Shown: in pieces, positions 30,929 through 41,671 of the stretch
Position numbering within the stretch: position 1 is the stretch's first letter
Layout of the letters: each line of letters opens with the position of its first letter
DNA from: Falsiroseomonas sp.
Lineage (GTDB): Bacteria > Pseudomonadota > Alphaproteobacteria > Acetobacterales > Acetobacteraceae
Direction: 5' to 3'
NCBI RefSeq assembly: GCF_051860665.1
Contig: NZ_JBHYDM010000017.1
Span: forward strand, 11,501 to 75,500
Length of the DNA: 64,000 bases
The notes under the pieces: generated by a model
The model's input: the letters and a program-made list of their open reading frames with translations, nothing else
The model's database searches: none
Told to the model about the DNA's origin: nothing
Position numbers and translations under genes: made by a program

Positions 30929-31076
30929 CGCGATCTCCTCGTGGCGATAGGTGCCGATGCGGCGAGCGGATGCAAGGGGCGCCGCAGCTTTCGGAACATC
31001 CAGGCCATGGCTCGATCCGCCCCGCGCCCGGGCCGGACCCTAAGCCAGGCCCGGGGCGGCTGATGACCGCCCGTCC

Positions 31077-31925
31077 CTACCGGGTGCGAAACCCCTGCGC
31101 CATCAGGAAGGGTTCCACCACCGGGCCCCAGACCGCGCTGCCGCCGCGGCCGAAGAACAGGCCGTGGCCATCGGCGCCGAAGGCCGGCAGGGCCACCAGT
31201 TGCGCGCGGCCGCCGGCGGCGGTGAAGGCCTGGTGCATGGCCCGTGCCAGCTCCGGGGCGAAGAAGCTGTCATTGGCGGTGTAGATCCACAGCGTCGGCA
31301 GCCGCGCCGTCTGGCCGAAGCGGCCGGCGGCGGCCACCAGCCTGTCGGGCGCGCAGACGCTGTTCGGCTGGCCGCCGGCCCAGCCGCCGCGGCCGCCGGC
31401 CATGTTCACCACCGCGACCACCCCTTCCGGCGGGGCCGAGGCCAGGGCCAGCGCGCCCCAGCCACCGGCGGATTGGCCGACCACCAGCACCCCGTCCGGC
31501 CGGATACCCGGCAGGGCGCGGCCGGCGGCCACGGCGGCGGCGATATCCTGCGCCGTCTGCCGCCCGCCGGCCGCGAAATCCGGATTGGCGCAGGGCCCAT
31601 AGGCTTCCGCCCAGGCTCCCGCCTCCGCCCCATAGCCGCGGCGCAGCGGCAGCAGCACGGCGAAGCCGCGGTCGAGGAACCAGCGCACCGCCTCCGCCGA
31701 GCAGGGCTGCGGCTCCATGCCGGCGCGGGCGGCGGCATTGGCGGGGGATCCGTGGTTGATGACGGCCAGCGGCACCGGCCCCGCGACATCGGGCCGGCAG
31801 AGCCGGGCCGGAATCTCCCGCCCCGTGCCGGGGATGGCGATGCCCAGCAGCGCCGGGTCGGCGGCGGGCGCCGGACCGGCGCAGGAAGCGGCCAGCAGGG
31901 CGAGGAGAATCAGGATTTTGCGCAT
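31077..31925 (-). CDS. Dienelactone hydrolase-like lipoprotein
   Basis: LLAAS-C lipobox; INHGSP, PLRRGYG, GQSAGGW, TLWIYTANDSFF, DGH. Confidence 0.85.
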   Translation of the reverse strand: MRKILILLALLAASCAGPAPAADPALLGIAIPGTGREIPARLCRPDVAGPVPLAVINHGSPANAAARAGMEPQPCSAEAVRWFLDRGFAVLLPLRRGYGAEAGAWAEAYGPCANPDFAAGGRQTAQDIAAAVAAGRALPGIRPDGVLVVGQSAGGWGALALASAPPEGVVAVVNMAGGRGGWAGGQPNSVCAPDRLVAAAGRFGQTARLPTLWIYTANDSFFAPELARAMHQAFTAAGGRAQLVALPAFGADGHGLFFGRGGSAVWGPVVEPFLMAQGFRTR

Positions 31926-31984
31926 CGGCACGGCTCCAGCATCTCGCGGGAGCCTGCCCGTCATTGCGGCACCGTGTCGAGGTG

Positions 31985-32027
31985 CCCCCACCCAACCAGC
32001 CCACCGCCCCCAACCGGGGGAGGGCTT
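31985..32027. repeat. Degenerate single REP-like unit
   Basis: CCCCCACCCAACC...CCCCCAACCGGGGGAGGGCTT; same termini as the 1311-1355 unit. Confidence 0.6.
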
Positions 32028-32032
32028 CGATG

Positions 32033-32524
32033 CTAGCCCCGGTCGCGCATCAGCCGGGCCTTGTCGCGCGACCAGTCGCGTTCCGCGATGGCGGCGCGCT
32101 TGTCGTGCTTCTTCTTGCCCTCGCCCACGCCGAGCAGGATTTTTGCGACGCCCCGCTCGTTGAACTGGATGGCCAGCGGCACCAGCGAGATGCCGTCCCG
32201 GGCGATGCTGGCGGACAGTTCCTTCACCTGCTTGCGGTGCAGCAGCAGCTTGCGGGGGCGGCGCGGCTCGAAGCTCGCCACATGGCTGCCGGCCTGCCAT
32301 TCGGGGATATAGCAGTTGAACAGCCACATCTCGCCGTCGCGCTCGCCGGCCCAGGCCTCGGTGAGCGTGGCCCGGCCGGAGCGGAGCGACTTCACCTCCG
32401 GCCCCACCAGCATCACGCCGGCCTCGATCTCCTCGCCGATCTTGTAGTCGAAGCGCGCCTTGCGGTTCTGGGCGGCGATGCCGTGGCTGATCAGCGCGCT
32501 TTTCTTCTTCCTGGGCTCCGCCAT
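32033..32524 (-). CDS. smpB: SsrA-binding protein
   Basis: NRKARFDY, EVKSLR, RPRKLLLHR, GKKKHDKR. Confidence 0.97.
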   Translation of the reverse strand: MAEPRKKKSALISHGIAAQNRKARFDYKIGEEIEAGVMLVGPEVKSLRSGRATLTEAWAGERDGEMWLFNCYIPEWQAGSHVASFEPRRPRKLLLHRKQVKELSASIARDGISLVPLAIQFNERGVAKILLGVGEGKKKHDKRAAIAERDWSRDKARLMRDRG

Positions 32525-33402
32525 CAGTTCAGCAATCCGGCCCCCGTCATGGCGGCGCGGACGCGGCTGCGCGTCGACTCCGCCACGGGGGCCATGGGCA
32601 GGCGGCAGAAATCGGTGCCGTGGCCGAGCAGGCTGGCGGCGAGCTTCACGGGGCCGGGGGAGGTCTCGCAGAACATCGCGTCATGCACCGGGGTCAGCCG
32701 GGCCTGGATCGCCTGCGCGTCCTTGATGCGACCTTCCGCCCAGGCGTCATGCATCTCCCGGCACAGGCGGGGGGCGATATTGGCGGTGACGCTGATGCAG
32801 CCATGCCCGCCGGCGGCCAGGAAGGCGAGCGCCGTATGGTCCTCCCCCGAAAGCTGGCAGAAGTCCGGGCCGATGGCGGCGGTGGTGTGCAGCGGGCGGG
32901 TCAGGTTCGCGGTCGCATCCTTCACGCCCACGATATTCGGGTGCTTCGCCAGCCGCGCCATGGTCTCCACCGACATGTCCACCACGCTGCGCGGCGGGAT
33001 GTTGTAGATGATGATGGGCAGGTCCACCGCATCGGCGATGGCCATGAAGTGGCGGTACATGCCTTCCTGGGTCGGCTTGTTGTAATAGGGCGTCACCACC
33101 AGCGCGGCGTCCGCGCCGGCAGCCTTGGCATGGCGCGTCAGGTCCACCGCCTCCGCCGTGCTGTTCGACCCCGTGCCGGCGATCACCGGCACGCGGCCGG
33201 CGGCGGCGGCGATGCAGAGATCGACCACCTGGTGGTGTTCCGCATGGCTCAGCGTCGGGCTTTCGCCGGTGGTGCCCACCGGAATCAGGCCCTGCGTGCC
33301 CTCGGCGATCTGCCAGGCGACGAAATCGGAAAACGCTTTGGCGTCCAGGGACCCATCGGCGTGCATGGGCGTGATCAACGCCACGAGCGATCCCCTGAAC
33401 AT
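32524..33402 (-). CDS. dapA: 4-hydroxy-tetrahydrodipicolinate synthase
   Basis: GTTGES, GTGSNST, VTPYYNKP, IYNIPPRS, GVKDA. Confidence 0.97.
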   Translation of the reverse strand: MFRGSLVALITPMHADGSLDAKAFSDFVAWQIAEGTQGLIPVGTTGESPTLSHAEHHQVVDLCIAAAAGRVPVIAGTGSNSTAEAVDLTRHAKAAGADAALVVTPYYNKPTQEGMYRHFMAIADAVDLPIIIYNIPPRSVVDMSVETMARLAKHPNIVGVKDATANLTRPLHTTAAIGPDFCQLSGEDHTALAFLAAGGHGCISVTANIAPRLCREMHDAWAEGRIKDAQAIQARLTPVHDAMFCETSPGPVKLAASLLGHGTDFCRLPMAPVAESTRSRVRAAMTGAGLLN

Positions 33403-33508
33403 GTTTTTCCTGCCGTGCTCAAGCTGATGAAGGGGAGAGAGAGTAATGGCCCCCCTGCCCTGCGACAAGGGCGCGAGACCCGCGGCGTTTTGCGCTAGAC
33501 TGCCGGGC

Positions 33509-35467
33509 ATGCGCCGTATCCCCCTGCTTCTCCTGCTCCTCACCCTCGCCCTGCCAGCCCAGGCGCAGCCCTGGGCCAGCGATTCGGCGCGTGCCGCCGG
33601 CCGCCAGGCGCTGGAGGCGGTGCGCCAGAACCGCTTCCTGGAGGCCGACAGCCTGTCGCTGGCCGCCGATCCCGTGGTGCGCAAGCTGGTGGTCTGGAGC
33701 CGGGTGCAGAACCGCCAGGGCGGCGCCAGCGCGGCCGAGATCGTCGGCTGGCTGGATGCCAATCCGGACTGGCCGATGCCCATCACGGTCGCGATCCGGG
33801 CGGAGGAGGCGCTGGTCGGCGAGGCCGATGACGCCCTGGCCCTGCGCCAATTCGCCCGCAGCGCGCCGCGGACCCTGGCGGGCGTCCAGCGCTACGCCGA
33901 TGCCCTGTCCCGCGCCGGCCGCACGGCGGAGGCCGCGGCCGCACTGCGCGCCGGCTGGCGCGAGGCCGATGGCGACAGCTTTTCGGAAGCCGACTTTCTC
34001 GCCCGCAATGCCGCGGCGCTGACCGCCGAGGACCACTGGCAGCGCGCGGACCGGCTGTTCTGGGCCGGCCGGGCCGATGGCGCCGCCCGCGTGCTGCCGG
34101 TGCTGGATGCGCGCCGCCGCGCGGTGCTGGAAGCCCGCCTCGCCGCCCGCGCCGGCACTTTTGCCGGCACGCCGACCGATATCGGGGTGGCGCATGATGT
34201 GGCCCGCAACCTGCGCCGCGCCGAGCGCGATGCCGAAGCGGCTGCCGTCTGGAACGCCGCCGAGCCGCTGCAGCGCGACCTGACGCCGGAGGCGCAGCGC
34301 GCCATCTGGGTGGAACGCCAGGTGCTGTCGCGCAAGCTGCTGCGCCTCGGCGACCCCGCCAGCGCCTATCGCCTGGCCGCCAATCACGGCCAGGTCGAGG
34401 CCGGGGAGCCCCGGCAGGAGGGCGAGTTCCTGGCCGGCTTCATCGCGCTGCGCCGGCTGAACCAGCCGGCCCAGGCGCGGGCGCATTTCGCCCGGGTCGG
34501 CGAGGGCAGCCGCAGCGTCATCACCCGTGCCCGCAGCGCCTATTGGGAAGGCGCGGCGCTGGCCACGCTGGGCCAGGCGGCGCAGGCCCAGGCGAGGTGG
34601 CAGGAGGCCGCGACCCTGCCGGTGGCCTTCTACGGACAGCTCGCCAGCGTCTCGCTCGGCGAAAGCCCGGCCCAGCTCGCGGCGCGGATCGGCGCCATCC
34701 CCTCCCCGGCGCCGGACCAGGCGGCGGGGCTGCGCTTCCTCGGGCGGGACCTGGTGCGGGCGGTGATCGCGCTCGCCGATCTCGGCCAGTCCGACCGGGC
34801 GCGGATCTTCCTGCTGCGGCTGGAGGAGCTTTCGCCCGAGGCCTCCGAACATTGGCTGGTGGCGCGCCTCGGGGTCGCCATCGGACGGCCGGACCACGCG
34901 GTCTGGATCGCCCGCCGCGCTGGCGCCGATGGCGTGATGCTGCTGGAGGATGGCTGGCCCACCCCCTACCCAGCCCCGACCGATGGCGCGGAGCCGGCGC
35001 TGGTGCATGCCATCACCCGGCAGGAGAGCAATTTCGACCTCTCGGCCGTCTCCTCCGCCAATGCGCGGGGGCCGATGCAGCTGCTGCCCTCCACCGCCGC
35101 GGGCGTCGCGCGGCGGCTGGGCGTGCCGCATACCACGGCGATGCTGACCACCGACGCCGCGCATAACCTCCGCCTCGGCAGCGCCTTCATCAACGACCTG
35201 CTCGGCCGCTTCAGCGGCGCCATGCCGCTGGCCGCCGCCGGCTACAATGCCGGCCCCGGGCGGGTCGACCAGTGGCTGTCCACCTATGGCGACCCGCGCG
35301 CGGCGGACGGGCCGCATATCCTGGACTGGATGGAGCAGATCCCCTTCTCGGAGACCCGCAACTACGTCCAGCGGGTGATCGAGAATGTCGTGGTCTATCG
35401 CGCCCGCAACCCGGCCACCGGCGACCAGCCGCATCCGCTCGCCAGCCTGATGGCCGGCCGCCGATGA
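33509..35467 (+). CDS. Soluble lytic transglycosylase (Slt70-like)
   Basis: Signal peptide; helical repeat region; AITRQESNF (catalytic Glu), AGYNAGPGRV, IPFSETRNYV. Confidence 0.93.
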   Translation: MRRIPLLLLLLTLALPAQAQPWASDSARAAGRQALEAVRQNRFLEADSLSLAADPVVRKLVVWSRVQNRQGGASAAEIVGWLDANPDWPMPITVAIRAEEALVGEADDALALRQFARSAPRTLAGVQRYADALSRAGRTAEAAAALRAGWREADGDSFSEADFLARNAAALTAEDHWQRADRLFWAGRADGAARVLPVLDARRRAVLEARLAARAGTFAGTPTDIGVAHDVARNLRRAERDAEAAAVWNAAEPLQRDLTPEAQRAIWVERQVLSRKLLRLGDPASAYRLAANHGQVEAGEPRQEGEFLAGFIALRRLNQPAQARAHFARVGEGSRSVITRARSAYWEGAALATLGQAAQAQARWQEAATLPVAFYGQLASVSLGESPAQLAARIGAIPSPAPDQAAGLRFLGRDLVRAVIALADLGQSDRARIFLLRLEELSPEASEHWLVARLGVAIGRPDHAVWIARRAGADGVMLLEDGWPTPYPAPTDGAEPALVHAITRQESNFDLSAVSSANARGPMQLLPSTAAGVARRLGVPHTTAMLTTDAAHNLRLGSAFINDLLGRFSGAMPLAAAGYNAGPGRVDQWLSTYGDPRAADGPHILDWMEQIPFSETRNYVQRVIENVVVYRARNPATGDQPHPLASLMAGRR

Positions 35468-36300
35468 GCCGCGTTTTTGTGACCGCGCGGGATGGGCTGA
35501 AGCTCGCCGCGCTGGACCATGCGGGGCCGGAGGGGCGCACGCCGATCCTGTGCCTGCCGGGCCTGACCCGCACGGCCGAGGATTTCGATGCCCTGGCCGC
35601 CCGGCATGCCGGCAAGCGACGGGTGCTGGCGCTGGATCATGCGGGGCATGGGGAGAGCGGGCGGGCGGAGAGCGTGGCGCGCTACGGCATCCAGCACAGC
35701 CTGGGCGATGTGCTGGACTGCATGGCGGCGCTGCACTGCCACCACGCGGTGATCGTCGGCACCAGCTATGGCGGCATCCTCGCGATGATCCTCGGCATTC
35801 TGCGCCCCACCGCGCTGGCCGGCGTGGTGCTGAACGACGTCGGGCCGAAGCTGGAGCCGGTGGCGCTCGGCCATGTGCAGGATTTCGTCGGCCGCGACCC
35901 CGCTTTGCCAGGGCTGGAGGCGGCGGTGGCGCATCTCAAGGCCACCCTGCCGCCTATGGTGATGGACGAGGCCGCCTGGCAGCGCTTCGCCGCCGGCACC
36001 TACCGGGCCGGTCCGGACGGGGCCTGGCATCCGCGCTGGGATATCCGGATCGCCCAGGCCATGCAGGGCGCCGGCGCGATGCCCGACCTCTGGCCCGCCT
36101 TCGGGGCGCTGGCGCATGTGCCGGTAATGCTGCTGCGCGGCGCGCTTTCGGAACTGCTGTCGGAAGACACCGCGCTGCGCATGGGCGAGGCGCGGGCCGA
36201 CATGCGCTTCGTCGAGGTGGCCGGCACCGGCCATTGCCCGACGCTGGAGGAGCCCGAGGCGGTGGCCGCCCTCGACGCCTTCCTCGACCGCATCCCATGA
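35464..36300 (+). CDS. Alpha/beta hydrolase
   Basis: PGLTRTAEDFD, GTSYGG, LNDVGP, GHCPTL; ATG overlaps slt stop. Confidence 0.9.
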   Translation: MSRVFVTARDGLKLAALDHAGPEGRTPILCLPGLTRTAEDFDALAARHAGKRRVLALDHAGHGESGRAESVARYGIQHSLGDVLDCMAALHCHHAVIVGTSYGGILAMILGILRPTALAGVVLNDVGPKLEPVALGHVQDFVGRDPALPGLEAAVAHLKATLPPMVMDEAAWQRFAAGTYRAGPDGAWHPRWDIRIAQAMQGAGAMPDLWPAFGALAHVPVMLLRGALSELLSEDTALRMGEARADMRFVEVAGTGHCPTLEEPEAVAALDAFLDRIP

Positions 36301-36743
36301 CCCCTGCCCTTTTGGTGGCGACGCTGGGCGGCGTCGGCCGGCTGCGGCCGGGGCCGGGCACCTGGGGCTCGGCCCTCGTGCTGCCGGCGCTGTGGCTGGG
36401 GCCTGTGGCCTGCCTCGGCCTGGCCGCGCTGTGCCTTGTCGCGGGCTGGTGGGCGGCCGGCGAGGTGCTGCGCGACGGCGTGGAAGACCCGGGCTGGTTC
36501 GTGGCGGATGAGGGGGCGGGCATGCTGCTGGCGCTCGCCGCCCTGCCGGCCGCGACCCTGCCGGGCGCGCTGCTGGCCTTCGCCCTGTTCCGTCTGCTGG
36601 ACATCACGAAGCCCTGGCCGGTGTCCTGGTTCGACCGGCAGCCCGGCGCCTTCGGCGTGATGCTGGATGATGTGATGGCCGGCGCCCTGGCCGCCGCCGC
36701 CCTGCTGGCCTTTCATGCCCTGGTCCCGGGAGTCCTCGCCTGA
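36297..36743 (+). CDS. pgpA: Phosphatidylglycerophosphatase A
   Basis: [39 protein letters not shown]. Confidence 0.93.
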   Translation: MTPALLVATLGGVGRLRPGPGTWGSALVLPALWLGPVACLGLAALCLVAGWWAAGEVLRDGVEDPGWFVADEGAGMLLALAALPAATLPGALLAFALFRLLDITKPWPVSWFDRQPGAFGVMLDDVMAGALAAAALLAFHALVPGVLA

Positions 36744-37240
36744 TGCTGTCCGAAGCCACATTGCAGGACGCCGCGGCACTGCTGGGGGAACTGCAGGCCC
36801 GGAACCTCACCCTCGCCACCGCGGAATCCTGCACCGGCGGGCTGATCGCGGCGGCGCTGACCGCCATCCCCGGCTCCTCCGCCACCCTGCTGGCCGGCTA
36901 TGTCACCTATTCGAACGCGGCCAAGACCGCGATGGTCGGCGTGCCCGCGCCGATGATCGAGACCCTGGGCGCGGTGAGCGAGCCGGTGGCGCGGCAGATG
37001 GCGGAGGGTGCGGCGCGGGAATCCGGGGCCGATCTCGCCGTCTCCTGCACCGGCATCGCCGGGCCGGGCGGCGGCAGCGCGGCCAAGCCGGTGGGGCTGG
37101 TCCACCTGGCCTGCACGCTGCGCGGTGCGCCGACGCTCGCCGAGCACCACATCTTCCCCGGCGACCGCACGGCGATCCGCGCCGCCACCGTCGCCGCCGC
37201 CTTCGCCCTGATCCGCCGCGCCCTGGAGCATTCTGCATGA
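36743..37240 (+). CDS. pncC: CinA C-terminal / nicotinamide-mononucleotide deamidase
   Basis: [47 protein letters not shown]. Confidence 0.9.
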   Translation: MLSEATLQDAAALLGELQARNLTLATAESCTGGLIAAALTAIPGSSATLLAGYVTYSNAAKTAMVGVPAPMIETLGAVSEPVARQMAEGAARESGADLAVSCTGIAGPGGGSAAKPVGLVHLACTLRGAPTLAEHHIFPGDRTAIRAATVAAAFALIRRALEHSA

Positions 37241-38625
37241 GCCTGACCGAAGAGCTTCTCTCCACCCTGGACGCCGGCCGCGACGCGGCGGTGGCGCGCC
37301 TGGTGGACTGGCTGCGCATTCCCTCCATCAGCGCGCAGCCCGATCATGCGGCGGATTGCGTGCGCGCCGCCGAATGGGTGCGCGACCAGCTTTTGCAACT
37401 TGGCTTCACGGCCAGCCTGCGCCAGACGCCGAAGCATCCCGTGGTGGTGGCGCACCACCCCGGACCGGCGAAGGGCGCCAAGCGCCACCTGCTGTATTAC
37501 GGGCACTACGACGTGCAGCCGCCGGATCCTCTGGAGCTCTGGACCAGCCCGCCCTTCGAGCCCGCGATCGTGGAAGGCCCGCATGGCCAGCGCGTCGTTG
37601 CGCGCGGGGCGGTGGACGACAAGGGCCAGGTGCTGATGTGGATCGAGGCGCTGCGCGCCTGGCAGAAGGTCGCCGGCGGCCCGCCCTGCGCCATCACCGC
37701 CGTCATCGAGGGCGAGGAGGAAATCGGCTCCCCCAACCTCGCCCCCTTCATGGCAGCCAATGTCGATGAGCTGAAGGCCGACGTCGCCATCATCAGCGAC
37801 ACCGGCATGTGGGACATCGACACGCCGGCGCTCAGCACGCGCCTGCGCGGCATGTGCTTCGTGCAGCTCGACATCAGGGCGGCCAGCCGGGACCTGCATT
37901 CCGGCATGTATGGCGGCAGCGCGCTGAACCCGAACAACCTGATCACGAAGATCCTGGGTGACCTGCACGACGCGAACGGCCGGGTGAATCTGCCGGGCTT
38001 CTACGACGGCGTGCCGGAGCTTTCGCCCGAACTGCGCGCGCAATGGCAGGCGCTGGGCTTCTCGGAACACGATTTCCTGGGCGCCATCGGGCTTTCGGTG
38101 CCGGTCGGCGAGAAGGACCGCGGCGCGCTGGAACGCCTCTGGGCGCGGCCGACGGCCGATATCAACGGCATCTGGGGCGGCTATACCGGCGCCGGCAGCA
38201 AGACCGTGATTCCCAGCGAGGCCCACGCCAAGATCACATTCCGCCTCGTCCCCGGCCAGCACCACGAGAAGGTCTTCGACGCCTTCAAGGCTTTCGTGAA
38301 TGCGCGGCTGCCCGCGGATGCCACGGCCACCTTCCAGGGCGGCGGCGCCAGCCCGGGGATCGAGGTGCCGGCGGACAGCGAATTCGTGAAGGCAGCCCAG
38401 GCGGCGCTGGCCGACGAATACGGCAAGCCCGCCGCCATGATCGGCTGCGGCGGGTCCATCCCCATCGTCTCCTCGATGAAGGAGGTGCTGGGGCTCGACA
38501 CCGTGCTGATGGGATTCGGGCTGGAGGACGACCAGGTGCATAGCCCGAACGAGAAGTTCGACATGCGCTGCTTCCACCAGGGCGCCCGCAGCCATGCGCG
38601 GCTGCTGGCGAAGCTGGCCGGGTAG
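37237..38625 (+). CDS. M20/M25/M40 family dipeptidase
   Basis: [43 protein letters not shown]. Confidence 0.93.
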   Translation: MSLTEELLSTLDAGRDAAVARLVDWLRIPSISAQPDHAADCVRAAEWVRDQLLQLGFTASLRQTPKHPVVVAHHPGPAKGAKRHLLYYGHYDVQPPDPLELWTSPPFEPAIVEGPHGQRVVARGAVDDKGQVLMWIEALRAWQKVAGGPPCAITAVIEGEEEIGSPNLAPFMAANVDELKADVAIISDTGMWDIDTPALSTRLRGMCFVQLDIRAASRDLHSGMYGGSALNPNNLITKILGDLHDANGRVNLPGFYDGVPELSPELRAQWQALGFSEHDFLGAIGLSVPVGEKDRGALERLWARPTADINGIWGGYTGAGSKTVIPSEAHAKITFRLVPGQHHEKVFDAFKAFVNARLPADATATFQGGGASPGIEVPADSEFVKAAQAALADEYGKPAAMIGCGGSIPIVSSMKEVLGLDTVLMGFGLEDDQVHSPNEKFDMRCFHQGARSHARLLAKLAG

Positions 38626-38632
38626 CGCCCGC

Positions 38633-39319
38633 CTACCCCGCGCCTCGCGCGCGGGGTACCTGCAGCAGATGCGCCTCGATCCCCTGGCGCAGCGCCTCGA
38701 GCGGGCCGGGTTCGGCGATCTGGTCCTGGATGAACTGGCGCAGCGCGCGATGCTGCGTCACCACCGCGGCCAGGTCATCGTCGCGATACTCCGGCCGGCT
38801 GAAGATGATGAGCGCATGCCGCGCGATCGCCTCCCATAGCGTCAGCGTGATGCCCTTCCCCGCCGCCTGGCCGATGGCACGATGGAAGGCGAGGTCGGCA
38901 CGCAGGGAGCCCAGCTTCTCGCCCCGCCTGGCGGCCCCCTCCAGCTCCGCGATCGCGGCATCCAGCACCGCCACATCGGCCTGGCCGGCGCGCCAATGGG
39001 CGATGGCATCGCGCAGCAGCAGGCATTCCAGCATCAGGCGCAATTCCATGATGCGGGCGATCATCTCGGCATCGAAGGCGGCGACACGGAAGCCGCGCCG
39101 GCCGCCGGTCAGGATGCCCTGGGTATGCAGCACCTTCAGCGCCTCCCGCGTCGGCACGCGGCTGACGCCGAGTTCGGCCGCGATCGTCGCCTCCACCACC
39201 CGTTCATCCGGCAGCAGGCGCCCGAGGGCGATCGCCTCCGCCACCGCATCGGCGATCATCTCCGGCAACGGCACCAGCGCGGAGCGCCAGGCCGACCGGC
39301 CGCGCCGGAATGTCGTCAT
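38633..39319 (-). CDS. GntR family (FCD) transcriptional regulator
   Basis: LLPDERVVE..LGVSRVPTREAL wHTH; ADLAFHRAI FCD; divergent from catabolic operon. Confidence 0.9.
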   Translation of the reverse strand: MTTFRRGRSAWRSALVPLPEMIADAVAEAIALGRLLPDERVVEATIAAELGVSRVPTREALKVLHTQGILTGGRRGFRVAAFDAEMIARIMELRLMLECLLLRDAIAHWRAGQADVAVLDAAIAELEGAARRGEKLGSLRADLAFHRAIGQAAGKGITLTLWEAIARHALIIFSRPEYRDDDLAAVVTQHRALRQFIQDQIAEPGPLEALRQGIEAHLLQVPRARGAG

Positions 39320-39453
39320 CCGCCCTTCCCAAAGATAATCACCGAAAACCTCTTGCCGTGTCTGCGGTCCCGGATCAACGTATAACAATCGGGAGAGCGT
39401 CCAGTCGGCTTGGTCAATGGCTGCGGCATGACAGTGTCATGCCCGGCCTGGTG

Positions 39454-41007
39454 ATGGATGGCGCTCGAACGATGCTGATCAGGGGTGGCTGGGTCCTCAC
39501 GGATCCCACGACAGGCGCGGTGCAGCGGGATGCCGCGGTGCGGCTTCTGGGCAACCAGGTGGCCGAGGTCGGCGATGCCGCCCGGCTGATGGCGGCCTAT
39601 CCCGAGCTGCCGGTCATGGGCCAGGCGGATGCCGTGGTGATGCCCGGTCTGATCGACGCGCATTCGCATGGGCGCGGCCTGTCGCCGATCCAGAAGGGCG
39701 TCCTCTACGACTATCTGGAGAATGCCTTCCTCGACTGGTCGTCGATGGTCTATCTGCCGAACGAGCTCTGCGCCGCGCTCTCCGCCGTGCGGCACCTGCG
39801 CATGGGCGCGACGGCCATCCACCACACCGGCTGGAACGACGAGGGCCCGCGGGCGCTGGAGGAAGCGCAGGCGGCGATCAATGCCTATCGGCGCGCCGGC
39901 ATCCGCCTGGCCTATTCGCCGGCGATGCGCGACCGCAACCGCTTCTGCGTCGATGAGCAGGGCTTCCTGGAAACCCTGCCGCCCGCCCAGCGCGCCTTCG
40001 TCGAGCCGCTGACGCGCTACGACCCGGTGGCGATCCAGGACCAGTACATGGCGCTGTTCGAGGCGCTGCACGCGGCGCATGACGGGCCGATGTCGCGCAT
40101 CTTCCATGGCCCCTCCTGGGCGCATGGCACCACGGATGCCTTCTTCGCCCGCATCCGCGAAAGCGCCGCGGCGCATGGCGGCCTGCCGATCCATATCCAT
40201 ACGCAGCAGACGCCGCACCAGCGCGCCTGGAGCATCAAGACCTACGGCCATTCGCTGGTCACGCATCTGGACCGGCAGGGTGTGCTGGGGCCGCGGACCA
40301 CGCTGGGCCATGCGGTCTGGTTGAGCGAGGCGGATATCGAGCTGATGGCCGCGCGTGGCGCCTCCACCACCCATCACGCCTCCTGCAACCTGCATGTGCG
40401 CAACGGCATCTCGCCGATCTGGCACATGATCCGCGCCGGCGTGAATGTCGCCATGGGCATCGACGACAAGTCGCTGAACGATGACGACGATCCCTTCATG
40501 GAACTGCGCCTGGCCGCGACCCTGTCGCGCGTGCCGGATTTCGACCTGGGCGCCACGCCGGTGCTGACGGCGCCGCAGGTGCTGGCGATGGGCACGGTGA
40601 ATGCCGCGCGCACGCTGGGCTTCGCGCCGGAGCATGGCCGCCTGGTGCCGGGCGCGCCGGCCGATCTCGTCGTGCTGGACACCGCCTCCCTGCTGCGCGA
40701 TCCCTGGACCTCGGACCGGCTGTCCATCCCGGACCTGGTGCTGTGGCGGGCCAAGGGACAGGACGTCACGGATGTCGTCGTCGACGGCAAGGTCGTGATG
40801 CGCGACCGCGCGATCACGACGATGGATGTCGCCGCGCTCTACAAGGAAGTGCGGGATTACGTGGCGCGGCATGAGGCGGCGCCGGCGCCGCAGGCGCGCA
40901 TCGACGGCATCAATGCCGTGCGGCCCTTCTTCCACGAATGGCACCGCAGGATGCTCACCCATCTCGATGTCAGCGAGCCCTTCTACCGCATGAACGGCAG
41001 GGCCTGA
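39454..41007 (+). CDS. Amidohydrolase superfamily (Atz/Trz/MTA-deaminase-like); start may be 39472
   Basis: VMPGLIDAHSHG, HIH, LGHAVW, HHASCN, MGIDD, GAPADLVV. Confidence 0.9.
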   Translation: MDGARTMLIRGGWVLTDPTTGAVQRDAAVRLLGNQVAEVGDAARLMAAYPELPVMGQADAVVMPGLIDAHSHGRGLSPIQKGVLYDYLENAFLDWSSMVYLPNELCAALSAVRHLRMGATAIHHTGWNDEGPRALEEAQAAINAYRRAGIRLAYSPAMRDRNRFCVDEQGFLETLPPAQRAFVEPLTRYDPVAIQDQYMALFEALHAAHDGPMSRIFHGPSWAHGTTDAFFARIRESAAAHGGLPIHIHTQQTPHQRAWSIKTYGHSLVTHLDRQGVLGPRTTLGHAVWLSEADIELMAARGASTTHHASCNLHVRNGISPIWHMIRAGVNVAMGIDDKSLNDDDDPFMELRLAATLSRVPDFDLGATPVLTAPQVLAMGTVNAARTLGFAPEHGRLVPGAPADLVVLDTASLLRDPWTSDRLSIPDLVLWRAKGQDVTDVVVDGKVVMRDRAITTMDVAALYKEVRDYVARHEAAPAPQARIDGINAVRPFFHEWHRRMLTHLDVSEPFYRMNGRA

Positions 41008-41011
41008 CCCG

Positions 41012-41671
41012 ATGGTCGACTGGGGCTTCGTCGCCACCTATGGGCCGCATCTGGTGGAGGCCTGCTGGATCACGCTGACCATCAGCGCGGCCTCCCTGGC
41101 GCTGTCCAGCATCCTGGGGCTCGGCATCGCGCTGGTCCGCATCGGGCCTGGCCGCGTCGGGCCGGGCCTGGCCTGGACCTATGTCTGGATCGTGCGCGGC
41201 ACGCCGCTGCTGCTGCAGCTTTTCGCCATCTACTACGCCGTGCCTGCCGCCGGCATCCGCGTCGGACCCTGGGAGGGTGGCATCATCGCGCTGTCGCTGA
41301 ATTCCTCCGCCTATTTCGCGGAGATCTTCCGCGGCGCGATCCGCGCCGTGCCCGCCGGGCAGCGGGAAGCGGCGCTCGCCATCGGCATGATGCCCGCCCA
41401 GGCGATGCGCCGCATCGTGCTGCCGCAGGCCGCGCGCCCGGCCCTGCCGCCCTATATCGGCCAGGCGACGACGCTGCTGAAGAACTCCTCCCTGGTCTCC
41501 GTCATCGCCGTGCCGGACCTGATGCTGACGGCGCAGAGCATCTACTCCTCCACCTACCGGGTGGTGGAGGTCATGGTCATGACCGGCCTGCTGTACCTGC
41601 TGATGACCAGCCTGTTGCAGATCGCCCAGACGGTGCTCGAGCGCCGGCTCGGCTACTACACGGTGAAATAG
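41012..41671 (+). CDS. Polar amino acid ABC transporter permease
   Basis: RGTPLLLQL, SAYFAEIFRG, GQREAA, LKNSSL. Confidence 0.93.
   Translation: MVDWGFVATYGPHLVEACWITLTISAASLALSSILGLGIALVRIGPGRVGPGLAWTYVWIVRGTPLLLQLFAIYYAVPAAGIRVGPWEGGIIALSLNSSAYFAEIFRGAIRAVPAGQREAALAIGMMPAQAMRRIVLPQAARPALPPYIGQATTLLKNSSLVSVIAVPDLMLTAQSIYSSTYRVVEVMVMTGLLYLLMTSLLQIAQTVLERRLGYYTVK

Noticed and set aside
32396-32412. Pro in SmpB GPEVKSLR
   Set aside because: I recall this variant as common in acetic acid bacteria relatives; treated as a lineage trait.
7052-36300. Two similar alpha/beta hydrolases (7052 and 35464)
   Set aside because: Old paralogs of a common family; no sign of a recent duplication or shared flanks.
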